Shown: piece by piece, positions 1 through 9,459 of the stretch | Layout: every line of letters begins with the position of its first letter | How positions within the stretch are numbered: position 1 is the first letter of the stretch | NCBI GenBank assembly: GCA_001275005.1 | Contig: JWZX01001831.1 | Location: 1-32,162, forward strand | DNA length: 32,162 nucleotides | Origin: Chrysochromulina tobinii | Taxonomy: Eukaryota | Direction of reading: 5' to 3' | Position numbers and translations under genes: made by a program | The notes under the pieces: model-generated | The model's database searches: none | Told to the model about the DNA's origin: nothing | The model's input: only the letters and a program-made list of their open reading frames with translations

Positions 1-2
1 AG

Positions 3-143
3 GTCATCAGCGTCGCAGGTGAGTCGATGGAGGGCGTGCCGCGCCCTGCGGTGATGTCCCGCATCAAGGACGAGATGCAGCGTGCGGCGGAACTGCCTAT
101 GGCTATTGAACTGGAGTCAGCAGCAAATGCCAACCCCTTCTAA
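3..143 (+). CDS. 3' end of a gene truncated by the window edge; PDZ-like C-terminal half ending in NPF
   Basis: The frame from position 3 reads VISVAGESMEGVPRPAVMSRIKDEMQRAAELPMAIELESAANANPF* (TAA 141-143). It resembles the PDZ pattern I-x-x-V-N-G-x-x-V/M-x-G, then a helix and a final strand. Codon usage matches the other genes. Not in the ORF track. Confidence 0.5.
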   Translation, partial: VISVAGESMEGVPRPAVMSRIKDEMQRAAELPMAIELESAANANPF

Positions 144-607
144 TTTCGTGCAGTAGCTGTGGTCTGGTCGGTGTGCAGAGTAGGGGCGAGAGCATCTTGG
201 CGAGAGCATCGCCATGGGCGCACCAGACAGTCTGTGCGCATCAGGCATTCCGTGACACATCAGACAGTCTTTAACGGACACACTGGGAGACGAGAGCATG
301 GCCGTGGCAGTCTTTGGCACATCAGAGAGCCTTGTGACAGTGCGAGGGCGTTCGTTCAGGCGTTATGTGTACAATCATGAATGGGACGCGCATGTCGTGT
401 GTGACGGCTTGAGGAGCGGAGCAATGTGGAGGTGAACCGCAGCCGCCCGGCCCACGCCTACCGTCTTTCAGCGTGTGGGTTTGATTCGACGTGCGCCGTG
501 TTGTTCGTAGACGGAACGGAAGTGTGTCGGGGCGATTGTTCCTGCCGTTCCTGACTCCACGGATTGACCGCCTACGCTACGCTATTATTGAGCTCTTTAC
601 TCGAACG

Positions 608-3600
608 TTAACTGCTGCACAACATCTCGTACTGTCGCCGCCACTTACTCGCGTCGTCGCGAGCCTCACACAGCCTGTGGGCGCACAGGATCCTTTTGAT
701 GGACGTCGCCTCGCCGTACACCTGGTGCACAAACAGTTGATTCCTCCAGTGCAAGCGCACGTGCCCATTGCTGCTGCTCGAACTTGGCCGCTCGACCTCC
801 TTCCATCCGAAGGCTTGCAGCTGCGCGAGCCTCTTCTCCCGCTTTCGCTGCTCGTTCTTACGATTGATGCGCTTGCGACGCTTTTCGTGCCGAAGCCTCC
901 TGGCCTCTTCGAGTTTTGCTCGTCGCTGATCATTCTTCATGGCCAGCCGAAGCGCTTCGTATCGCAGGCTCAGTGGCGTAGTGTCTTCTTCGCTCGAGGA
1001 GTCGTCTGCAACGGTGGCCGACGGCAGGCCGCCGTGCATGCAGCGCTGCTGCAGGTTGTCAGTCCCCTTGATCAACTGAGGACAGCACGACTCCATGTGC
1101 GTCCGGCAAGAGGTGAAAAACAAGCTGCCAAACTGCCGCGCGCACTTGAGGCATGCATAGTGGCGAGGCCAGCGGCCGTCGGCGTCAATAGATGGGATGG
1201 CCGATGCAAGCGACGCCTCCACTGCGCGCCCCAGCTGTGCTATGGGTAAGATTGCACGGCTCGTTGTCTCACTCGTGTCTTGGGCTTCCTTCAACGATGC
1301 CCCATCTTCCTCCGGGGATACCATCGCCACGACCAAAAACGCACCCTCGTCCGCAGCCGGCTCTGTCGCGTCCACGTGCTGAGGCGGCCGACAATTTCGG
1401 GCGTAAAGGATGGCAGTGCGCAGGGTCGTAAAGCATCGGGTGCCATCGGGTGGAATCCATGCGCGCAGCTCAGCGCATGATGCCGATGTACCTACGCCAC
1501 TGGTTGCGCCCCGCCGCGCGGCGGCTCGTTGCGCGAGTGGCACGTCATCATCATCGCTGGCGTCGTCGGTAGCACGCGCATCGTTTGCTCGGTACGGCGG
1601 CAGGTAGGCGCACGCCCAACCGTCGCCGAGCTCTGAAATCACGTTGCGTTTCAGCCCACGCGCTCCGCCCAACAGCCCGCGGACACAAAGGAGCCAAGGC
1701 CTCGGGCAGCGACTGATGGGCCGACGCACGCCAACCATCGAAATGGCGAAGGCGTCTTGACCCACCGGCATGCGACTGCTCTGCCGCAAGAACTGCCGAC
1801 GCGCTGTCTCAAGCTCCAGAGTTCCCTCGAGCGCGATGGTCTCGTGGACAGCGAGGCGGCGGCCGTCGAGTGTCGGCAGCTGGCCAGCTCGATGGCGGTC
1901 GGGCTTCCCGGTGCTCGACAATGGGCACGCAGGGCAGCCGACATGCTGATAGCGCGCTGCGTCGCCCTCGTCCTGTAGCTTCAACAGCTTCACGCGCGGC
2001 GCGAGGGGAAAGAAGAGCTGGTTGCACGCGAGGCAGCGGCACGCAATGGGCCGCACCAGTTCCATGTAATTGACTCGTGCCGCGTTGCGACTCGTGCTGC
2101 GTGCCACGCCCGCTTCGTCGCATCGCTTGCACAGCGGGAGGGTGGTGGGGCATTGGCACGCGGAGTAGCTCTTGGAGCATCGCGCGCAGCGAAGCCCTTC
2201 TTTGCCAACCCGATCGCCACAGTGCAAGCACGCCAGGTGATCTCCAACGGCCGGCCTCGGCTCCAGCCTTTTGAAACGACCCAGCACGGTTCGCTCAAGG
2301 CTCGCCACCGCCTGACGAACGTTCTGCCAGTCGCCGTGAACGATGCATGCCAATCCGCGAAGCAGCAGTGCGTATCGAGGAGGCATGAGTGCGTTCGAGA
2401 GGCTGCTCGGGCGGTGCCACCGGCCGCTGCACCCCTCTGCGCCAATCAGGTAGCCATGCTTGGCACCGGGCCCACCGTCTATCGCCGCCAGGCGCGGTGC
2501 TGGCTGTTGCCCAGGTAGCTCACATCCCGCTGGCTGCTGCTGAGCTGCAGGCTGTTCCGCCTCAAGCGCTGCGGCGAGGGCAAGTAAGCTATCCTCCTCT
2601 ACCTGCATCTCCTTGCGCTTGGGTCGCTCATTGAGGACGTTCGCTCTCACAAAGTCAAGGTATGTGGGCAGGTGAGATGATGCGACTTGCACCGCCTGAC
2701 GGACATCGGTTGGATGCGCCATGTGAGGTACGCCGGCGACGCGTGAATGGGGTGGCGGCACGACCTCACCAAGTGCGTGCCGTCGCAAGAACACTGCCAT
2801 CGCCGCCTCCAGCCGGCACCAGTTCGCTTCCGCGTCCTCGTCTTGGTCCGCCGATCCGATTCCAGCTGCCGCTCGCAACGCGGCTAGCGGCTCCGACGGC
2901 TCAGATGTGGCCGCTGATGGTGGCGCGGCGCTCAGCGGCCCGCGGAGTTCGCACGTGAGCTTGGCCGCCATCGCCACTGCCGCCGCCGCCCGTAGCCAAG
3001 CAGCTCTGTGGTTGAAGGGATCGCGGGTGAGCCACGTGATCGACTGCCTCGAGTCCGAATTCCTTCCAAATTTGGGCGCACCGGTCCTTCCATATCTCGA
3101 GACCGAGCTCCTTCCATCTACAGCGGTGCACGGCGCGGGCTCGTCCTCTGCTTCAGCATCGTCGGCCATGGCGGCAGCAGGAGCATTCGACTCCCCCGGC
3201 GCCTCGGCGCTCGCCTCAGCACGTTTGCGCTTCCTCACCTGTGTAGCAATCCTCTCGGCGGCACGGTGGTTCACCTCGCGCACCGCCCCGATGGCCAGGG
3301 CGCTCGCAGTCGCCGTCAGCGTAAGCTGCGCTGCTAGCCGGCGGACGAGCGCGTCGGCATCGGGCGGCGCCGGTGGCGGGCGGGTAAGCCGCTCGCATAG
3401 GATCGCGGCACCACTCACGAGGTCATCAGCACACGGGACGAGCATCGGCCTCACGATCGCAAACCCAGCCTTCGAGCGTGCCACGGGCTGCAGCCGAGCT
3501 GGCAGGCTGCGATACGCGCTCAAGAAGGGCAGTTCGCCGCTGGCGCACCACGTTATGAGGTCCTGAGGGTGGATGGGCAACCGTAGTTCTAGGCAACCGA

Positions 3601-4117
3601 GGTAGCACAGGATGAGCGAGAGCGGTGAAGTGAGCGGGAGCGAGTGCGAATCGCGATGCCTGCTATACACTCGCAGCCGGCCGTCGTGGCTTCGCATGAC
3701 AGGCGGTGCGACGAGAGGCGCAAACGCGGCGTCCGCATCCTCATCGACCACCTCTGAAAACGTTTGAGCTGTGGCAAGCCAGAGTGCGCCTGTCGCCGCG
3801 GGAAGCCGCACGTCCAGTCCGCACGTGGAGACGAGCGCACGGAGCAGCGTCTGTAGGAGGAACTGGAAGGCCTCAAAGCCGTCGTTAACCGTGACTGGTG
3901 GCGCGGCCGAATCCACAGCTCCAGTTGCGTCCAAATTACGCAACACCTTGCGGCGGACATTTGAAGAGCCGAGCGCGAGCACTGCCGCGGCTCCGCCGGA
4001 CTCGTTGACCTCCTCGCGCACGCCAGCGAGCTGTGTGCCGCACTCGACGCAGGTCAGCGCGCCATCGTCGGTGCGCACGAACTCCTCCGACTTGCAGCTC
4101 GGGCAAACGTGAACCAT
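608..4117 (-). CDS. TAF1B: RNA polymerase I initiation factor TAF1B/Rrn7-like (TFIIB-related) with a long C-terminal extension, ~1169 aa
   Basis: N-terminal zinc ribbon CPSCKSEEFVRTDDGALTCVECGTQL. Conserved cyclin-fold block LILCYLGCLELRLPIHPQDLITWCASGELPFLSAYRSLP, typical of TAF1B/Rrn7. First ATG is at 4117 (the track start 4162 is TTG). Confidence 0.82.
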   Translation of the reverse strand: MVHVCPSCKSEEFVRTDDGALTCVECGTQLAGVREEVNESGGAAAVLALGSSNVRRKVLRNLDATGAVDSAAPPVTVNDGFEAFQFLLQTLLRALVSTCGLDVRLPAATGALWLATAQTFSEVVDEDADAAFAPLVAPPVMRSHDGRLRVYSRHRDSHSLPLTSPLSLILCYLGCLELRLPIHPQDLITWCASGELPFLSAYRSLPARLQPVARSKAGFAIVRPMLVPCADDLVSGAAILCERLTRPPPAPPDADALVRRLAAQLTLTATASALAIGAVREVNHRAAERIATQVRKRKRAEASAEAPGESNAPAAAMADDAEAEDEPAPCTAVDGRSSVSRYGRTGAPKFGRNSDSRQSITWLTRDPFNHRAAWLRAAAAVAMAAKLTCELRGPLSAAPPSAATSEPSEPLAALRAAAGIGSADQDEDAEANWCRLEAAMAVFLRRHALGEVVPPPHSRVAGVPHMAHPTDVRQAVQVASSHLPTYLDFVRANVLNERPKRKEMQVEEDSLLALAAALEAEQPAAQQQPAGCELPGQQPAPRLAAIDGGPGAKHGYLIGAEGCSGRWHRPSSLSNALMPPRYALLLRGLACIVHGDWQNVRQAVASLERTVLGRFKRLEPRPAVGDHLACLHCGDRVGKEGLRCARCSKSYSACQCPTTLPLCKRCDEAGVARSTSRNAARVNYMELVRPIACRCLACNQLFFPLAPRVKLLKLQDEGDAARYQHVGCPACPLSSTGKPDRHRAGQLPTLDGRRLAVHETIALEGTLELETARRQFLRQSSRMPVGQDAFAISMVGVRRPISRCPRPWLLCVRGLLGGARGLKRNVISELGDGWACAYLPPYRANDARATDDASDDDDVPLAQRAAARRGATSGVGTSASCAELRAWIPPDGTRCFTTLRTAILYARNCRPPQHVDATEPAADEGAFLVVAMVSPEEDGASLKEAQDTSETTSRAILPIAQLGRAVEASLASAIPSIDADGRWPRHYACLKCARQFGSLFFTSCRTHMESCCPQLIKGTDNLQQRCMHGGLPSATVADDSSSEEDTTPLSLRYEALRLAMKNDQRRAKLEEARRLRHEKRRKRINRKNEQRKREKRLAQLQAFGWKEVERPSSSSSNGHVRLHWRNQLFVHQVYGEATSIKRILCAHRLCEARDDASKWRRQYEMLCSS

Positions 4118-4317
4118 TACTTGACGGGCTCCTGAGCGACTGCGTGCATGAAGACGCGGCAACTAAAACTGCGAATAAAGTCGAATTCATTATGCGGAAA
4201 ACAAAGCAGAATAGCCGAATTCATAGCCTGGCCATGAGTTATGTGTGGGTGGTGGTGAGACCCCCGGCGGTTTTAGATTGCCGTCGTCATCGTGGGCCTC
4301 CCGCGCTTCTTTGCACC

Positions 4318-5019
4318 ATGAGCAGCGTCGTCGAAGTGGTCACGGCGGAGTGCCAGGCCATTAAGGTGAAACAGCAACTATTTCAAAAGACGCTCGACGA
4401 CGACTACGATATCATCCTTGACCAGGCGAAGGAGATAGTCGAGAAGCGGTCTGTTTACGGCGAGGAGGCCACCCGCGAGCTGCTCAAGTCGTGCGAGGAG
4501 ACCATGCGGCTGTTGGTGCAGGCACAGGCCCAGCATAAGGCCCAGTTCCAGGCGCTGCAAGTGGTACCGACGCGCCTTTCAAACAGTTCATCGCCCGCGG
4601 ACGTGGAAAAGGCGTATGCGAGTGCCACCGCCGAGCTGATTTCATCTGAGGAGGAGCAGAGCAATAATGAGAAGTACAAGCGGCTGCGTGAGATCATCGA
4701 CAAGGCGGAGGGCTGCAGCGACGCGGGGCCGTCCCAGGCGGACGACATGGGCGACGATGGCTTCGCGATGACGCAGGCGACCCGCTCGCTGAAGTGTGAT
4801 CTCCTTGTAGTAGAAATGACACCGACGGGTGAGCATCGGCCGATGAAGGGCCCGTGCGGCCACGTGTTCTCATACAAGGGCCTGCAGGGGACCCTGAAGA
4901 ACAAGACGATGAAGTGCCCTAAGATGGGATGCAATCAACAGGTCTGCTTCACCGACTTTGTTGAAGCCAAGGATGTGATCAAGGAGATCAAACAGGCGCT
5001 GCGCCTGCGGGAAACCTGA
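4318..5019 (+). CDS. NSE2: SMC5/6 SUMO E3 ligase NSE2/MMS21 (SP-RING), 233 aa
   Basis: Helical N-terminal half, then an SP-RING: SLKCDLL...PMKGPCGHVFSYKGL...MKCPKMGC. Size fits NSE2. ATG at 4318 in ACCATG context. Confidence 0.85.
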   Translation: MSSVVEVVTAECQAIKVKQQLFQKTLDDDYDIILDQAKEIVEKRSVYGEEATRELLKSCEETMRLLVQAQAQHKAQFQALQVVPTRLSNSSSPADVEKAYASATAELISSEEEQSNNEKYKRLREIIDKAEGCSDAGPSQADDMGDDGFAMTQATRSLKCDLLVVEMTPTGEHRPMKGPCGHVFSYKGLQGTLKNKTMKCPKMGCNQQVCFTDFVEAKDVIKEIKQALRLRET

Positions 5020-5697
5020 GTGCTGCGGCCATCAGCAGGGTGCTTGCAAGTAGTACCAAGAAACGCGCAGGCACTGCTTGCAGGCGCATCCGATGACAGA
5101 GAGTGATCGCGCGACAGAGGAGAGGTCCACGAGCGCAAGCAGAGGTTGGACGTAAGACGAAAGCGAGAGCCGGAGAAGCTTTCTGCATGTGCTCGTCCGA
5201 GCAATTGCGTCCGAGTACCGAGTCGTCACAGTAACTCATGACGTGACACACAGTGCGCTCGACTGCGACTCGACCTCGAGGCACAAACAGACGAGCGAGG
5301 CACAAACGGGACCAAGAAGCTTTCACGAAACGGTCACAAAATCGCCCACATGTTTTCTAACTTTCCGCCACGACGACCCGCTCCGCTCATCGCGGCGCCA
5401 GGAGACGGCGCGCGCGCGCGCGATGCATCTGAGAAACGGGGCGGGGCCGCGGGGCGGCTCGCCACATTTGCGCGGTTCACGTCAGACGGCGCGCGCGACG
5501 ATCCGAATGGTACCAGTGGCGGAGATCCGGCAGCGGCACTTACCAGCATTTCACCTTCGGTTCTGAATTCGTTCTATTGAGTCTCGTCCTCACCGGCGCG
5601 TGCGACCCGATCATGTAAAGTAGGAGAGGTGCCGCGGGTCGCCCGTATCCCGCCCCCACCCCCTCGCCATAGGGGCCTTTTCCGTGTCGCGTGTCTA

Positions 5698-8600
5698 TCA
5701 GCGGCGCCTAGAACGCGCCGTCTCGAGCACCATCGCCTCGGCCTGCTTAGCATGCAGCAGTTTCATGTCGAGCACGATCGCATCGAGCTCGATGCGGTAC
5801 GCCTCAACTTCCGCATTCTTGCTCTCGAGCACAGCAGCCATCTCTCGCTTCGCGCGCTCTGCCTCGACGAGCGACAGATGGCGCGTAGTCTCTAGCAGCT
5901 CGGCTGCCTCGGCCTCCCGTGCAATCTGGCGCCTCTCGAGCATCCGAAGCTGAGTCTGCATCCGGAACAACTCGTTGTCTTGGGACGCCTCGCCGCTGCC
6001 GCCAGCCCCGACGCCTGCAAGGCTCATTCCAGCCACGGTGCCAGCCAGCGCTGCAGGGAGGCCCACCGCACTGTCGAGGACACCAAGCCCGCCCTCAAGC
6101 CTCGCTAGGGCGAGGGCGAGTGACGAAGCGAGCTCGGCCACGTGATCAAGCGCGGGTTGCGCATCGTGGATAGTGCCCCCACCCTCGGCCTCACCATCGT
6201 CGGCTGCGTCGGCCGAGTCGCCTGTGTAGATAATTGGCTCCATCCCGCCCTTGCCCGCACTGCCAGCTCGGCGGGCCGAGTCTGGCTGCGGCCCTCGCGT
6301 CTTCATATCGCGCTGCCGGGCAGCGGCGGCCGCGCGGCGGCTCGCCTCCCCGCGCCGCAGCGCGCTCCGCCTCGACGGCCTTCGCTTCGAACTCCTTGAC
6401 ACGTTTAGTGTGTGTCGCCCGGATCTCCTCGATCTGGCGCTCGAGCTCCTTCACCTTTGAGCGCGTAGCTGCTCCAGCACCCTTGCCCTCGAGCAGCGCC
6501 TCCGCCTTCTGCAGCTTGTCAGAGAGCAACGCCACCTTGGCCTCGTAGCCCGCGGCCACGCGCTCGGATTGCTGGCGCAGCGCACGCAGCCGCTTCGAAT
6601 GCGTGGCCTCGAGCTCGCACACCGTCTCCTCAAGTTGGCTCACGCGCGTCTCGAGGAAGGCTGTGCGTTGAACCTCCTGCGGCGTCGGCCCGGCCGCGGC
6701 GATCAGCTCGGCCACGCTCGGCATACTGCCGCTCCGTCCACGTCCGCCGCGATCGCCGCCGCGCCCGCGCGCACCCCCGCCCGCCGAGCCCTTGGTCACG
6801 ACGGTCCGCCGTTCCAGCAGCTGCTGCAGTCCGCTCACTTGCTTCTCGAGGACGGCGACTCGCTCAGCATCCGACATGCGCCGGCCGCTCGTTCCATCGC
6901 CGCCCCCTCCAGCACAGGCTGACGAAACTGACGAAGCTAGCGGTCCAAAGGCCTCTCCGGCACCGGCGGTGCCGCCACCTACCTGCCCGTCAAGCGCCGA
7001 GGTGAGCTCGGCCACACGAGCCAGCGCCGTGATGCGCTGCTGCTCGAGTTCGTCAATGAGCTGCTGGTTCTCGGTGTACCACGTGAGCTTGGCTTGGAGC
7101 GCAGCCACCTCCTTCTTACGCGCCTCCTCGATCTCCCGCACCTTGGCCTCCGCCTCGCGCACGGCCTGGTGGTCTGAGTGCAGCTGTCCGAGGTCGACGC
7201 CCGCGAGCTTCCCTTCGAGCTCGCGCTTCGCCGCGCGTAGCCTGTCCATCTCGAACCTCATCTCGGACTCGCGCTCGGCCGCCGCCTCGCGCTCCTCGGC
7301 CAGGCGTGCATGGGCGCTCTCGAGTTGATTGCGAAGGCCATCGGGCGCGCGCTCCGCCGCAGTGCGCTCCATCTCAGAGAGGCGCAGTGAGAGCCGCCGC
7401 GCCTCCTCCTCGCCCTTCGCCGCATCGATGCGCTGTGCCTCACGCGCGGCCTTGAGCGCCTCCGTGAGCCGCTCGTTCTCTTTTTGGTAGCCGGCGATCA
7501 GAGTCTCTTGCTGCGCAATGTCCGCCTCGATGCGCGCGAGCTCGGAGGCGGGCATGGCACACTCGGTCAGCGTACCGCCCTTGGCGAGGTGTTGCCGGTA
7601 CCCTGAGAGCCTAATTGCCTCGCTCAGCTCGCGCTGCAACTGCTCCTCCCGCTTGCGCCACTCAGCTCGCTCATGCTCGTACTGCTCGCGCAGGGCGCTC
7701 AGCTGACCCTTGAGCACGCCCACCTCGGCCGTCGCAGCGCGCAGCGTCTTCTCGCGCTGTGCGAGCATCTTTGAGTCGCAACCCTTTTCAGCAGTGCGAG
7801 CGCGAGCGTCGGGCGCAGCGCCGGGTGCGTTCGCCTCCCGCAAAGCCTTGGATGCTGCAGTCGCTGCTGCTGCAGTCGCCGCTGCACTCGCGGCTGCACT
7901 CGCGGCTGCACTCGCGTGGCGGGCTGTGGGGGCGGGAGGAGCCAGGAGCGAGGTGGGCAGCGGAGGATGCGCGGAGAAGAGAGACGTGACCGGAGGCACG
8001 GGAGGCGGCGGCAGCGGAGGCGCGAAGCGCGCAGGGGCTGGATGGGAGGGGCTGGGCGTTGGCGGCGACGGAAGGGCTATGGCCGCAGCTCCCGTTGAGA
8101 GAAAGGCAACGCCAGGTGCCACATCGGCCGCAGAGGAGGAGGAGGTGGCGACTGCAGGATCGGCCGACAGGCTGTCGGGATGCACAGAGAACATCGCTGG
8201 AGGGAGCATCAGCGCTGACGTTGGCGCAGTGACGAACCCTTCTGGCGAAACAGCCTCTTGCGGAGCAGTCAGCGGGATGGCGCCAGCCGGCGGACTCCAC
8301 GGCTCCGCTGCATGCGCGACCGGCACGTCGCCACCCTCCGCGCTGCGGCGCCATGTCATCGAACCGTCAAGATCGTCACCAGACATCGAGGATCCGCTCG
8401 CGTAGCTCGAGGAGCTGCTCGTATCGGCCGAGGCGCCCGCATTCTCTGGCGTCGCGATGTGCCAAAATGGTTGTCTGCCGTCGTCCAAGGCGGCTCTCGA
8501 CAGCGTCGAAGCGCCATAGTCGAGGGAACGCTGCACCAGCGGGTTGTCAAGCGACTCTTCTGTGCCCGGCGCTGACTCCGCAGCACATCTCGTGCTTCGC

Positions 8601-9052
8601 CAGGAGTACGAGCGATTCACGAGCGACTCGGTCACGACGCAGTCGAGCTCCTCATCGCACCACGCCGGCATGGAATCTTGCGATTTTCGACTCTCGATGT
8701 CCGCGATGCCGCTACTGCCATTGCGTGTACCAGTTGGGTGGAGCCATGCGTCAGCGGCCGCCGCTGTCGAAAGACCTAGCCCAAGCATCGGTGACGATGG
8801 TGTCAGCCACCCACCCGCGGGCAGTGGCTTCGAGCGTGGCATGCTCGGGTGTGCATGCGAGCCAAGGATTGCATCGTCGTCCTCGTCCTCAGCCTCATCC
8901 TCGCTATTGCTACTGCCTTGATCCAACTTCGTCTCCCACTCCTGTAGATCTTCGTATGTGAGCTGCCGGCCGTGTCGTGCCTCGAGCTCCTGGAAGAAGG
9001 CCTTCTTCATCTCCTGGTCATCGTCGCTCTCATCGCCGCCGAGAGCGCGCAT
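5698..9052 (-). CDS. CEP162: CEP162-like centriolar/transition-zone coiled-coil protein; 2 exons (9052-6346, 6221-5698), ~1076 aa
   Basis: Blocks QQETLIAGYQKENERL, LQAKLTWYTENQQLID, LEKQVSGLQQLLERR...PSVAELIAAA and FLETRVSQLE...LRALRQQSERV resemble CEP162 as I recall it. The CEP162-like C-terminus KNAEVEAYRIELDAIVLDMKLLH lies in the overlapping ORF 5698..6402, joined in frame by an intron. Confidence 0.8.
6222..6345 (-). other. Predicted GC-AG spliceosomal intron, 124 nt, in CEP162
   Basis: Minus strand reads GGAG|GCGAGCCG ... TATCTACACAG|GCGAC. Donor and acceptor are both phase 1, so splicing joins ORF 6191..9052 to ORF 5698..6402 in frame. Confidence 0.6.
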
Positions 9053-9091
9053 GCCAACACGCGCCGCGCGCGTGAACGATGGCGATCGGGA

Positions 9092-9099
9092 TTTCGCGC
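9092..9099 (+). promoter_or_regulatory. E2F-like site TTTCGCGC about 40 bp upstream of the CEP162 ATG
   Basis: Exact TTTSSCGC match in a promoter-proximal position; a short motif that can occur by chance. Confidence 0.25.
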
Positions 9100-9459
9100 C
9101 GGAAAGTCGAAAGTGCCGAGAGCGGCAACTTGACGTGTGGGACGCGTGTCTCTACATGTTCACACTCTGAGGTCACCAAAAACGCCTTCAACCTGTGCTG
9201 TTTTTACGGTCGCACACCTGGCGGGAAGGGGTACTACCTTGGTGCTACCCTGTACATTTCCCATGAAATCGTCATCATCGACGCCGCGTGCGACACATGC
9301 ATCAATCATAAGAAAGTCGTTCGCTGTTGCCCTGTTGACGTATGTGGGTGCGGAGCGGAGAAGCATGCTATCTGCCGAGGGCACCAACTGCCGTGATTCA
9401 TGCATGCATGCTTGCACGGCCCTCGTTCGGTTACCTATGATGCTTATCGGCGAGGCCCC

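Noticed and set aside
5535..5550. ACTTACCAG resembling the U1 snRNA 5' end
   Set aside because: Differs from ATACTTACCTG, and no U1 stem-loops or Sm site were recognised.
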